In this document: positions 1 through 12,900 of the stretch, piece after piece | How positions within the stretch are numbered: the first letter of the stretch is position 1 | How the letters are laid out: every line of letters starts with the position of its first letter | From: Balanoglossus misakiensis | Lineage: Eukaryota > Animalia > Hemichordata | Length of the DNA stretch: 64,000 nucleotides | Direction: 5' to 3' | NCBI GenBank assembly: GCA_040954595.2 | Contig: CM082589.2 | Span: 12,359,754-12,423,753 of the forward strand | Translations under genes and position numbers: made by a program | Notes under the pieces: generated by a model | The model's input: only the letters and a program-made list of their open reading frames with translations | Databases searched by the model: none | Told to the model about the DNA's origin: nothing

Positions 1-641
1 ATCTGCATGAAAATTTGTGTCGCTGTCACCGAACCCAGCTAGTCCATACAACCAACAGTATGAATCACCACCTCATGCTGGGCGTAGCCATAGGCTATAC
101 ATGCCTGCCGGTATCAAAGGCCATTATGAGTATTGGTACCAGACCCCTCTTGAGAATGAATCATGGTTCCACCCTTATGGTAAAAAGTAAGATTACTCCA
201 TGCTAATAAATAACAATATTAGAATGAAAGTACATTCCAAGTGACTTGTTGGGAGTATCGGGCCACTTAATCCCGAAAAATTGCAATCAGCCTGATTTTC
301 AGTTAACCAATCTAAAGCCCAACTTTTCGTGTATTTAGTTGGGTTTCTAAAACTAACAAATTTTTTGACAATATTTATGGCATGATGAACACTACTCTCA
401 TTAAATAAAATAATGTTGTGTCGTCCACAACAGGTGTAATTTTTATGTGTTTGGAATCGTAGACACCATTTATCTTTTAGTCAACTCTAAATCTAATATA
501 ACAGTCGCGAAAATTGCTATGACAAACAAAAAATGAAGTGCTGACAGGGGACACCCTTGTCAGATCCCTTTGGATGGAGAACATTTAGAGAAGACATTGC
601 CATTTTTCAAACATCTAGTATGTGATTATACATAGTTTTAA

Positions 642-836
642 CCCTAACGCTGCCAAGTCAGTTTGATATCCAGGGTGCCTAGAATCCTGGCTCCCAGGCC
701 AGGGGGGTTTAGACTGCCAAGTGTGTCTAACATATGAGAGCCATGGCAAGACAGTCAAAATACGTTTAGGAAGAAAAAATGGCAAATACATACTTTAAGG
801 CACTCTAAACAGGTATGACACCTAGTAGCATTAGGG
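642..836. mobile_element. piggyBac-like MITE (degenerate)
   Basis: TTAA at 638-641 and 837-840; ends CCCTAACGCTGCCAAG and CCTAGTAGCATTAGGG are imperfect inverted repeats with CCC...GGG termini. Confidence 0.5.
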
Positions 837-864
837 TTAAAATATAGCTGCAAGCCAAAATGGT

Positions 865-1500
865 CATCTGAGGTCACCCGAAATTTGGGCAAAATTTTTT
901 GACCCCATACTGGTCCAGGTCCATCAGAAACCAAACCTTCAGCCCTATTGGTTCGCCTGGAATTAGGTATGCACATAAATAATGAGTTAAGCAGTTGTAC
1001 AGGTGACCTCAAAATTCGGCTTTTCATTTTAGTCCCATCCCTGGAAATGCTAGGCTGTACCTGCTCTGGAGGCCGAGATATGAGAAAGTAGATCACCTGA
1101 GGTCACCCAAAATATTATGGAAAAAATTGGACCCCACACTTGTCCATGTCCAACAGAAACAAAACCTCTAGCCCTATTGGTAAGCCTAGAATTAGGTATG
1201 CACATAATTAATTAGGTCAAAGGTCAAGGGGTAACAAGTACATGTGTATGCTTCATCCCACCAAATATGAAGTCTGTCGGTCTAATAGTAACGTACTTAT
1301 GAGCATTTATGTTATATATAGTTCAAAGGTCACCGAGGTCACGAGACATTGCGGCGAAATGATTTGGTCCAATAGTTGTACCTGTCCACCAAAAATCAGC
1401 TCCCTAGGTGTATTAGTTAGCGTAGAAGTAGATATGTGTTTTTCAAGGTGGGTCAAAGGTCAAGGGGTCACCCGAAATTTGGCTTCTCATTTCGGCCCCT
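865..1500. repeat. Diverged ~230 bp internal repeats containing GGTCAAAGGTCAAGGGG motifs; probable non-autonomous element core
   Basis: ~865-985 and ~1095-1215 share tgaggtcaccc...agccctattgg...gaattaggtatgcacata; ggtcaaaggtcaagggg occurs at ~1215 and ~1452. Confidence 0.5.
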
Positions 1501-1504
1501 TGGT

Positions 1505-1641
1505 CAGTCCCTGTTCACTCCATAAATGGAGACGTGTTCTGCGCAACCGCAGTACGTGTAACCTCGTGAACTCAGATGTGCACATGCGTACAGCAGTCCC
1601 TGTTCACACCATAAATGGAGACGTGTTCTGCGCAACCACAG
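1505..1641. repeat. 48 bp direct repeat, two copies (period 89)
   Basis: cagtccctgttcac(t/a)ccataaatggagacgtgttctgcgcaacc(g/a)cag at 1505-1552 and 1594-1641. Confidence 0.85.
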
Positions 1642-2319
1642 CTGGACCTGTGAAAGATTAAATCCGATCGACATATTTAGTTTCCGTATATTATATTGAC
1701 CAATGCAGACTAAGTCTAATAGAATTACTACATGTAGTATATCGTGTATAATACACACGTTTGGCAATATTGCACTTTGAGTGTTAGATGCAGACGTGTA
1801 TACCCGATCTAAATTTCCGACCTACACATGTACATGTATCACTGTTCACATGTACATACACCGTAACTGCGTTCTGAAAATGACATGGTATTTTCAAAAT
1901 GTTACCCCAGATTACCCCATCATGTGAGAGCCATGAAACTCACACCCATTGTCCAGCAGTAGTTAGTTGACTATCCTATTCACTCAAAACAAAAAGAACG
2001 GGTGTGAAAAAGTCACTAAAACAGCATTGATACAGAGGTGTATAACACTGTCCATGATTTCAAGAGAAAAACATGAACACAGCCCAGTCACTGTATGTGG
2101 CGATATCTTTCTAAGTATTTCACTCAACTTGTACAGACGATGCCATGCTGTCTTCTGGAATGTGCTGGTAACGTCACACATCGAAACATATTGATGATGC
2201 CCTTCCCTGCGGCTCGGGCATCATCAATATTATTAAGGTCAAAGATCACCATCCCTTGTGCAGGCAAAAGATCATGATATTGCCCTCGCTAACATGTGTT
2301 ATTATTTAAATACGATGTT

Positions 2320-2663
2320 GTCATAGCTTTACTATGCGGGTATAGTAAAGCCTATGCCTTGGTCCAGACCCCCCATGGTCAATGAAAAAATATGAAATAT
2401 AATGATCAAAAATCTTCTTCTCAAAATCGGCATACCCTAATTTGAAAATTTCGCCCTTATATGGTCATCAGGTCACTTGACTAATTTAACATTCACGGAC
2501 GTACTTCACCAGATCTCATTGGCCTGCATCATTGTGCCATATTTGAGAATTGTAGGTTTAGCCGTTTTCAAGATCCTAGTGGCCGATGAAAGTGCCAAAG
2601 AAGAAGAAAAATGCCAGCAATACCAATAGGGACCCCGCCCATAGAGGCTTGGGCCCCTAATAA
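2320..2663 (-). mobile_element. Probable Helentron/HINE-like non-autonomous element
   Basis: Minus strand begins ttattaggggcccaagc...ggtccctattgg followed by a (CTT)n tract; the other end has a stem-loop gctttactat-gcgggt-atagtaaagc. Confidence 0.4.
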
Positions 2664-3144
2664 GTTAGTTGTAAAGTTATTACTCAGCTTGAATTTCACT
2701 AGCGACTAAAAGTAAACAAAAAACTGATGGTCAAAGTATCACAAGCTTTATTTTGGTTTGATGTAGGATGTAATATGCTTATAGCACACTGCCAAATTAA
2801 TGCCAACCAATAAGACCGGTAGGATATGATCGAAAACCACACGTATTAATGTGTAAAAGGCCGAACTTCCCAATAAATTTGGGTAGCCGACTACAGACAG
2901 AGTCGAACCGATGCATGATCTGAAGTATCAAGACACATGGACTATTATTTATTGTTTCAACAATTTGACTAAAGTTTATAATTTCCTATGACAGTTTTTG
3001 CCGACAAGAACCAATGCCCGACCAAACAAAATGGACATTTTCACATGATCTTTACTGAGGTCACAAGTTAGCCAAGCCCTCATACACGCGCTATTCGGAC
3101 GTATCGGTGATCTGTTTATGTGTTTAGCTAAGGTGGTAAACTGT

Positions 3145-4005
3145 TCATCAATCAATCAATCAATCAAAAGGACTTATAGAGCACCAAACTCCACTGCAAT
3201 AGTGTTCAATAGCGCTTTACAATGTAAAGTTACTGTAAATAGGCTCTGTTAAACAGATAAGTCTTGATGTGTTTCTTGAAACTGTCAAGGCTAGGTGACT
3301 AGCATACTTCTATTGGGACACTGTTCCAAATGAGTGGGACGATATACGAAAAAGCACGATCGCCGTACGTTTTCTTCTTACTCCATGGTACATGAAGTAG
3401 AAATTTGTCATTTGAACGAAGAAGTCTTGTTGAAGTTTTCAGATGGATTAAGTCAGAGATGTAAGCTGGTGCTGTGTTGTTTAATGCCTTATATGTCATA
3501 AGCAAGATCTTGTATTGGATTCTATAGTGTACAGGCAACCAATGTAAATCCATGAGAACAGGAGTAATATGATCCGTTTTACGGGTACGAGAAACGATCC
3601 TGGCTGCAGAATTCAGGGCATGCTGTAGCATGCATGATGATGGTAAACCACAGATTAGTGCATTACAGTAGTTCAGTTTTGATGTGATTAGAGCATGAAC
3701 CAGCATCTGGCAAACTTCCTTAGTGAGGTAACGGCGAATGTGGCTGATTTGACGCAGATGGAAGAAAATTGACTTGCAAATTGCATTAATGTGCTTATTG
3801 AAAGTGTAATTGTCGTCGAATGTCACACCTATATTCCGTGCAGAATTCACAATTTGAACACAACATGATCCAATGCTCATGTGGTTTATGGGACGAGGCG
3901 AGCGGTTGAACTGAGACCTTATCAGGAGTACCTCGGTTTTGCCACCATTGAGTTGAAGTTTATTATGTGTCATCCAGGTTTTTATTTCGTGAACTGCACT
4001 TTCCA
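3145..4005 (-). mobile_element. L2/CR1-group LINE, 3' fragment (ORF2 C-terminus plus (TTGA)n tail)
   Basis: ORF 3299-3973 has [47 protein letters not shown]; (TCAA)n on + at ~3148-3166 is the 3' tail. Near-identical to 20620-21030. Confidence 0.92.
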
Positions 4006-4037
4006 GTTAAATATCGCAACTAGCCATAATGTTTGAC

Positions 4038-4841
4038 TGGGGGGAGCACCTATACTAATGCGAGAACCAGGGATTGAAAGTTGCACCTGTGTTTTGATCC
4101 CTTAGTTACCCTTATAAGTACATTTGTAGTTTAATAACCATAGTTCTATTGCAAACCATTCTTTCCGTAGTTTCTTGTTTCAAATATTGTAATCTGAATT
4201 TATTTTGGTGTTTAACAGGTGTGATTATCTGTATTGGCGGCCATTTTGAAAAAAAATGGTTGACATGGAAACTCTTCAACAGATATTTATAGTCTCGGTT
4301 ACCCAGAGCCCTCTGCTTCTTCCGTTAGGCACTCCAGAAAGAGGGTCTGGGGAAACCCGGTAGACAAATCGCCGGGCGGAATCGGGACAGCTGCGATGCA
4401 TGACGGGAGCTTAATATTCCAAAATGGCGACGTCCTGCGCGCGAACCTCACGGCCGACATGTATGTCATATGATAAAGAAAACATGCTGAGTAGTGCTAG
4501 ACCTGCTAAAACTGTCTACAAATTGAAAAGAGAGAGAGAAGTTTGGTTAATAGTTTTCTAATATCGTCATATCATAATATCGTACCGAATATTAAGCTCC
4601 CGTCATGCATCGCAGCTGTCCCGATTCCGCCCGGCGATTTGTCTACCGGGTTTCCCCAGACCCTCTTTCTGGAGTGCCTAACGGAAGAAGCAGAGGGCTC
4701 TGGGTAACCGAGACTACAGATATTTAGTGACTCGCTATCTGAATTCGTTCAGTACACATTAACACACATCTGAGCCAAGTTTGGTGCTTTGATCACAAAA
4801 TACACAATCGATATGAAAATTTGGGTTTTGGTGCTCCACTA
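4038..4841. mobile_element. Non-autonomous TIR element with TAG-type ends, hosting a nested foldback element; second copy at 22731-23098
   Basis: Ends t(a/g)gggggagcacc and ggtgctccacta are inverted; the copy at 22731-23098 lacks the nested insert. Confidence 0.45.
4290..4716. mobile_element. Foldback MITE with 130 bp perfect TIRs and a 10 bp TSD
   Basis: 4290-4419 is the reverse complement of 4587-4716; CAGATATTTA flanks both sides (4280-4289, 4717-4726); the empty site is at ~22974-22983. Confidence 0.93.
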
Positions 4842-4859
4842 CATATTAAGTAACATTAA

Positions 4860-5272
4860 GGATGTACGTTCAGTAAAATTGAAAGTATTGTCATTTTTTT
4901 TAATTGTGGATTTTTTTATTCTCCTTTGTATGTATAATGAAAATCCGTAATAAAATATAGGGGTCACCGGGCTTGTTTTTGAAATACAGAGCCATGAATT
5001 TGGTCGATAATAGAAGAAATCTGCTGACTCAGCATTTTTCACCAATGGTTTGTCTATGGGCAAAATTCTTAACGCAATTTATCTCAAAAAAGAGCGCGGT
5101 GACCCCTATATTTTATTTGACCAATGAATTTATATTTGCTGGACTGAGCTATGTGTAAAATTTCGTGAAAATGACAATAGTAGAAGTTTGCTTTCTGGCG
5201 ATTATCAATGTAATCCTATGGGAAAAAGACCGGGCGCGCAGTGTTTCCAGTTTATGTTCTGCGCGTACATCC
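4860..5272. mobile_element. TTAA-type (Kolobok-like) MITE; second copy at 23114-23530
   Basis: TTAA-GGATGTACG...CGTACATCC-TTGA; internal inverted repeat aaaatataggggtcaccg/cggtgacccctatatttt; present in both duplicate copies. Confidence 0.7.
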
Positions 5273-6494
5273 TTGATGAAGTTTGCTGGCTAAAGGGCTC
5301 TTAAACCTCCCTAATATTTGACGTCTTTACTCCTACAGGACTGCGCAGTTGGAAGTTACCGTTCAGCATGTTCTGAAGCATGCACGCTGTGTCCAAGGGT
5401 TTCATGTGTGGAACAGCCAGCCTCTCATCACCAACACAATGCGGACAGGGATATTTTGCCAACAATGGAAGTATAGACTGTACGCCTTGTCCTGCCCTGG
5501 GTATAAGTGCCAATATGATGGTATGTCGGAGCCAGAGGTGTGTGAAGATGGATACTACACTAATATAAATGGTGAGTCCGCACTTAAAGTTTGGGCATTA
5601 CTGTGTAATCTTCCACTTAGGCGGACGATCATCTTATGTGCATGTGCCTAATTCTGTGCGTACAAACATTATGTCCAGTCCAAATATTCTGCCAATTTTA
5701 CATCCAATGCATTCAAATAGTGGACTGCTTCGCTTTCATCCAGTTTTCATGTGCATCGTATAAGTAGACTTTTGTTTTGTCCCGTCTTTTCACCGAATTT
5801 GCTTTTTTCCAAATCTCCGACACAGACTATGATCGTCACATTCTTGTCTGTTGTTAGAACAGCACACTGCCATATGGCATTGACTGTATACAGTTTCTGT
5901 TACGAATATCTCTGGTTTGGCATTTTCCTGTCCTCAATCTTTTGCCAGGGATTTATGTCTCCCCAACCCGCGTGAGAATCCCACGTCTTTGAAGGTATGA
6001 CTGTGACTATAAGATTCTATAAATCTCTGTTTATTTTCAGCACAAACATCATGTGCTGATTGCCCAGCTGGTAACCATTGTCCAAATGGTAACACTGTGA
6101 TTTTATGCTCGGCTGGTTATTACAGTTCGGCCTTGGACAAAGGATGTCTCGCTGTACCTCTTGCATAACAGGTAAACTTCTACCCACCCACCTTTATTTC
6201 CAACATCAAATTTGAATAGACCTCTATTTATGAAAATAATTAAAATGTGCGCCAATTTTTTACAGTGGTATTCAAAGGTTAACTTGGTGTGTAAATTCTT
6301 TGTTTGATTTACAGATCAGCCGGTGCTGAACAGTGTACTATTTGTGAGCAAGGGTACGCCTGCACAGATCCCAGTGCATCGCAATTCAAGTGTACTAAGG
6401 GTTACGTGTCATTGGCTGGTGCAACAAACTGTACCAGATGTACAAATGGTAAGATTGTGGTACTTGTTCAGTTTGCTGTGTGATGAAACTGAGG

Positions 6495-6555
6495 GGTATG
6501 TGTGTATGCATGTATGTGTTTACAACAGATTTTCAAGTCAGTGCGACTGGGGTTA

Positions 6556-6587
<32 letters not shown>

Positions 6588-6612
6588 TACAACAGATTAT
6601 CAACTCAGTGCG
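6495..6612. repeat. (GT)/(GTAT) microsatellite inside a short tandem duplication
   Basis: tatgtgtgt...gtatgtgtttacaacagatt...tcagtgcga occurs twice; also at ~25370-25485. Confidence 0.7.
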
Positions 6613-7463
6613 AGATCTTGCGAGACCCGGTTAGCCATGTGAGATCTCGCAGAGTCTTATGATATTCAGAAAATGGTTGATTAGAAATGACGTTTAATGT
6701 CCTCCAAAGAATTTTCTACATGCCTGTATACTTGTCTCAGAATTATGAAGTGAATCATCTCAAGTAATTTGTTATTTTAAATGACACTGTATCACAAATA
6801 CTTCACTAAAAACCTCATTTTCTTTAATCAGATGAAATAAGTGAGGAGCCTGCACGCACATCCCGTCTTCTGTGCCCTGCTGGACAATCGTGTTCAGATT
6901 CAATGTAAGATCCGCTTGACTGTGGCAATGGTGAATATGCTATGGAAGGCGACGGCACATGCACGCCTTGTCCAGCAGGATCCAAGTGTCCAACCATGTC
7001 ACCCGTAGTTGATTGTTCAACAGTTACTGGTAAGTTGGGCTGCAAATCACTCTTGTGACTTCCCTGTGTTATAGCTTGACATACACAGAAAATTAAACTG
7101 TTATGCTCATTGGAGTTGATATTGTGATGCACTTTGAAAAACACAATGATTCCACTGAAGAGGTATAGTACAGTAACACCTGTGATTACGGACATCTCTC
7201 TAATAAGGGATCGTTGGACCAAACCAATCGTTCTTTGAATTTTTTCTGTGATAGGTTCATACTCGCTAGGTTCGGCCACGTCCTTCTGGTTATGAATGCA
7301 TAACTACAAGTGTCACACAGTGCGCTACAGGGCAGTAAAGTGTTGAAGGAGGTAAGTCTTGAAATCTCTTTTCTTCTGGTCTCGATTTGAACATGGTTCC
7401 ACAAGTTGTTTACATCACTTGTAGTTTTACATATTTTTTGAGTTCAACAGCTATGCTATACAT

Positions 7464-8119
7464 GGTGTCCTGAGAAGTCGACCAGTATGAGAAGTCGGTA
7501 TCGGCCAGTACGAGAAGTCGGCCTGTGGGAGAGAACCCTGGTACTTTGTGTTATATATAACTGTTTCACTACGAAATGTTTCCTTGATGTACAGGAGCTG
7601 AGATATTTGTACAAATAGCCGATGAATTTTAAAACTGTCTGTTCACTTTGCATGTACGTCACCGGGGTACGTCAACATCAGTCACCTGCACTTCTTGCGC
7701 TGCGCCAGTAGTCTGTTCCTCGTCACGTTTGTTTGTTTGGTTTTGTCTCAAAGTATGAATATACACATACACCTTCTATGTATTTTAGTAGGCTTTGAAA
7801 CAACTCCCTTTAATCAGAAATGTCACAGGAATTTGGCGAACAACCTAAGCTCCTTACGCGGATACGGGGCTGGCGAACCGGTACGGATGCCAGACGCCAT
7901 TATTTGAAATGACGCCATTGTGTTGTCAAGAATTTGGGAAATCCGTCCAAATGAAAATATTTAGTGCAATTATATTTTATTAAGTGTTGTTATATGTAAT
8001 CTGGGTCATCACTGCACTATTCGGGTACAAGTTCAACAACTGGCCGACTTCTCGTACTGGCCGACTTCTCATACGCGCGTACTGGCCGACTTCTAATCTG
8101 GCCGACTTCTCAAGTATTC
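7464..8119. mobile_element. MITE with inverted subterminal repeats (GAGAAGTCGGCCAGTA); second copy at 26347-27012
   Basis: About 3 copies of gagaagtcggcc at the left end and about 4 copies of ggccgacttct at the right end; CTATACAT flanks both sides (7-8 bp TSD). Confidence 0.8.
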
Positions 8120-9498
8120 CTATACATTAGTGAAAATTGGGGAAACTGGTGTTTTCAGACAACTTATGAAGTCCCTTTCGCAATATTAACTCTAAAACAG
8201 CGGGTGATTTCCTTTTAAAATTTAACCAAATAAGCATACTTGGGGTCAACCATCTAGAGTTTTGAAAAAGTGCCCTTTATCTAGCACCTCTGTCAGATTT
8301 TGCCAGGCTCGTAGATTTTTGTAAAATGGCCTCAAAAATAAGAATTTTGGGAGGTTTGTCATATTTTTTCACCATTGTAGAATCTAAATGTTCTGAATTA
8401 TTTTATTTTTAGCAATTTTGAGATTGATTCATGTTCGGTATGATAATCGCATGTCAATACAACTGTTACATTAAAGGAAAAGTTCAAATCCGCCTAAAAC
8501 CACATTGCATTGGTACCTAGTTAAGTTGTCCTCACTTTTGACGCAAAATTTTGATGTGCAATGCACGTGTCTGTGAAATTGACGAATAAAAAAATTGTAT
8601 ACCAGTGCAAAATTAAAAACTCCCTGTGCAGCCTTCTTGGCAACTGCATGCTGGGAAAAGTACTCGGATGATGACAAAAAAGTTTCGGGGTTCCGTGTAG
8701 TGCTACCCCGGAATACAATGTTGGGTGCAGACTACAACTTTGGAAAAGAGATGCAGAATGTCATGTGATATAGTAGTGAAAACAAATACACGTTGGTTCA
8801 CGTATTTCAGCTCTCAGCAATCAGGGTGCATTGAAAAGCCTTGATTGGTGTGATATTCACAATTGATGATTATAAATACTTACAGTTGTATACTGTTTTA
8901 TTTTGTAAATATTGTGTACATTTGCAGCAATGAATCCGTGCGAACACAAACCTTAACCCATGCCGGAATGCTGGTACTTGCCAAGCAATCCAGGGATCTT
9001 GGACAGGCGTCACATGTCAATGTGCTGGCTGCTACCTGGGCTTCACATGTGAAACACGTGAGTACAGTACTTTGTCATTTATTAAAAAATCTAAGTGCTG
9101 AGGTACATTGTAGTAATAATAGCAGGTGTAGTCATTATCATCATCATCTTTAAGTCAGTCAGTATGATCGGTAATAAAAACAGTAAAATCACCAGTATAA
9201 AAATATAACAGAGAAATAATGAACGTGTACTGGTGTTACCATAGGTAAGTGTTGTATAAAATTTTGAATTCCTGTCTTCCAGTTCCTAATCCATGCTTCA
9301 CTAGTCCTTGTCTCAATGGAGGTACCTGCCAACAACAGGCAAATTCTTGTACTGCCACCATTGGCATGTGCACAGAGTGTTACTAGGGAACCAGGTGTGA
9401 GACAAGTAAGTTTGAATCTATAGCAGTTAATAATGATAATTATCATTTTTTATTATGATTTAAACTTCACTGATGTTGTACAAACACAAAAATAGAAA

Positions 9499-9952
9499 TA
9501 TTAATAATAATAATAATTTATTTGTATAGCGTCAGTATCCACAAAAAATGTGATCAATGACGCTTAAAGCAAAAGTACAATACAACAAATGGCTAAAAAA
9601 CAGATTTAAAAAGTAAAGTTTTAACATTTGATTTAAAAACAGATAAGTCTGGTGCCTGGCGAATGGTGAGTGGAAGATTATTCCAAAGAATTGGAGCAGC
9701 AACAGTAAAAGCACGATCACCATAACTCTTGGTGCGTGATCGAACAGGGCAGAGTTTGTACTGATCAGCTGACCTTAAATTGCGACACGGAACATATAGA
9801 TTAGTCATGCTAGAAAGATAGATTGGACCAAGTTTATGAATGGATTTAAAAATGAGAACTAACATCTTAAAAACAATACGCTCTGTAACAGGTAGCCAGT
9901 GCAACTGATACAAAATTGGAGTGATGTGACAGGTGATTGAACGAGTAACAAT
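9499..9952 (-). mobile_element. L2/CR1-group LINE 3' fragment (different family, (TTA)n tail), copy-1 specific
   Basis: ORF 9593-9913 LHWLPVTERIVFK...YGDRAFTVAAPILWN; (TAA)n on + at ~9502-9516; TAGAAA on both flanks; absent at the paralogous site ~27254-27262. Confidence 0.88.
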
Positions 9953-12900
9953 TAGAAAGGGACAGCAGCTTAGCTCTATTCCGTTTCCAAAGTGTTTGTT
10001 CTTTTAAACTACCTGTGCATTTTTTTTATTTATTCTGATTATGCTAATATGCTAATTTCTTGGTTTGTCACATCACAATTTTTGTAGGAAACTCACCCCT
10101 GGGAATTTTTTTCAGCCACTTACATACATTCATAATCACATGACATTGATGATCATGGAAAATTTGACCCTTTTCCTTGTAGGACTCAACCAGTGTCCAC
10201 CAAATCCGTGCCAGAATGGTGGCTTCTGTCAACCGGCTCGAAATTCCTGCTTTGATCTCACCTGCATATGTACTGGTTGCTACAAAGGTGATAGGTGTGA
10301 GATATGTAAGTATACAGCGCAGTCTCTTTTACCTTTTGTCTCTGATGCATTCAAATACTGCATGTTTCCTGAACATAGGTGTAGCCATCACCACAGCAGA
10401 GCTTGGAGCGTTCTTGACATCGAATGCAAGATTACACTCTTCCCAATCAAAATCACTTTCGTAGCGCATAATGTCTTGATTGTCTTAGTTCAAGAAACAT
10501 TATGCGCGACTGGCCAATTTTACTGCCTTTTGTCAACACACATCCACTATGGAAATTCTCACTCCAGGCCAGATAGTGTAAATTTGCATATGAGTCTACA
10601 GGTATGCCTGAAGTCAAGTCAAGCATTTGCAAGGAACCCTCCTCCAGTACACAGGTCTTTGATTTCATGAAGGGAAGCCCTTGCCTTACAGTCACTGCCA
10701 CATGATCTATGGAGGTGTGAACAACTTGATACCAGCCTAATATAAGTTGTAGGCACAATCACTCCACACACCCTTGCCATAATTCTGCAAGGTTTTTGCC
10801 ATATCTGTACTGTAGAATGAGTAGCATAGAATAAAATGGCGTCCTTTCTTAATTTCCAGTGCAAAACCCCTGTGATCCCAACCCATGTATGAATGGTGGA
10901 TTTTGCCAGCAAACATCGTGCAATTTCTATTCATGCCAGTGTGTGAACTCTTACACAGGTGACATCTGTCAAACCATAGACCCTAGAGAAAGAAGGACGA
11001 GCAACTGCGGCAAAGATCAAAGGGTTTGGGGATTATCTGTATGATGATGTTCTTTTGCATATAATTAACACCCAGGACAGTTGGACAATGACTTCCTTAC
11101 TTCGGCACATGTCGACCCCACCAGTGATGTGAAAACTTGCCACCAAACTGGCACTCCTGCATTTCAGCAGCCACTGCGTTTTTTTCTAAAATTCTAAAAG
11201 TATTACGATGTCTGTGCTAATTATTATGGTTTGGTGTTCGTCTGTCGGTTGAACGGTCATTTCTAGTGCCACAAGCTTCATTTAAAAATTGTAAACAAAT
11301 CATCCATGTTTTTTGCATGTCCGACTGGGCACTCATATTTCTTGGTAACGCTGACACTTTTCGTAATAATTTTATGTTTGCGTGAAGCATTGAAACAAAA
11401 ATTGTGGTTTAGGGGCATTTTATTTCGCAGTGCGTTAACAATAAAACAGATTTCACGAAAACAATTTGTAAACAAACTGGCTGGATTTTCATGTGTGCGC
11501 TATGCAAATACCCACATGGTAAATTAAAACTGTTACAGGTGTATTTGATTTCCACATATGGATTACATGTGTGATAATATTGGGTGCTGGCAGTTTCAGT
11601 AAATGAACTGCTCTTAAAAGTTGGGCGTCAGGGCACCCTTGACTTTGCCTGTTCCAAGCTAGAATGGTCTGTCCATATGAATATTTCTTCAGCAAGTTAC
11701 AAGCAATCTTTTTAGTTTTGAATTAAAAAATAGTGAAATGACTTGTGATGTTAATATGCAATTTTTGGTTGATTTACATGCATCTCCAGGACTCGGTCAA
11801 TGTTCTCCCAATCTGTGCATGAACAACGGTATCTGTGAGCCAATCAGTAGATCGTGCAGTGCGTTTACCTGTCGCTGTCAAGGCTGTTTCATTGGAATCA
11901 CCTGTGACCAAGGTAAATTTATCAGACGAGGATCTGTTTATCCCCCATCATACCGGTATATTTGTCATAGCTGGCAGCTATGAAATTACCTGTATATTTA
12001 GGATGTGACAAACCAAATAGGCACTTTCAGGAATTGAGTCTTTTTTCAATTACCAAAGTCCTAAACTCCCAAAAGTATAATAAGTAATTCTTATTGTTCA
12101 GTTATACATTTAGGAGGCTCAGTTATAGGAGAACCCGATAGAACCACAGCTGTAGGAATTAGGGAAATGGTCATACCCTAAAAACTTATGTCACTACTAT
12201 TTTTTTTTAATGCCATTGAAACAGAACAAACTCCATGTAGGCCAAGTCCATGCCTGAACAATGGGCGGTGTACTCAGCTGTCGTGTACAACTTATGAGTG
12301 TACTTGTCCAGGATGTTTCATCGGCACACACTGCAGCCAGTGTAAAACTCATTAAAACAAACATTTGTCATGCAGGAACTAACATTTACAATCATGTCTC
12401 AATACATTGTCTGTTGGTCATACTTTATATTTTCATCTTCAGCATCACACCTTGGGCCTTGGGAATCGGTCACTTCAAAAATGATGTACAGCTGAAAGAA
12501 AACATGTTTATTTGAAGAAAAAAATGTTGATCGTTAATGAAAATTTTCCCTACACAAGATACATATACAGAGATTTTCATAGCCCCACAAGTGCGTCCCA
12601 GAATGCGCAAGTTGTTTTTGGAAGTGAAGTTCCGTTCAGTATTTACAGTAATGGTAAAGATGATGTTTTTATCAAACAGATTTTGAAAGTAAATATTGCT
12701 GAGATAACATTAGGTTGCACTTTTTATTGCAGTCCAAGATCCATGCCAGCGAAACAGCTGTCTCAACGGGGCTGTATGTAATGCAGTGGCCAACTCCTGC
12801 ACGGCATATACCTGTGCCTGTACTGGTTGCTATGAGGGTAACCGTTGTGAAATATGTAAGTTTCTGACGTACCGTAAATGACAATCTTTTGGGCACTTTC

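Noticed and set aside
7470-8115. Short regularly spaced repeats as a CRISPR-like array
   Set aside because: Eukaryotic context, no unique spacers; they are inverted subterminal repeats of a MITE.
8471-8745. Possible further TTAA-type element starting ttaaaggaaaagttca
   Set aside because: No convincing matching right TIR with TTAA was found.
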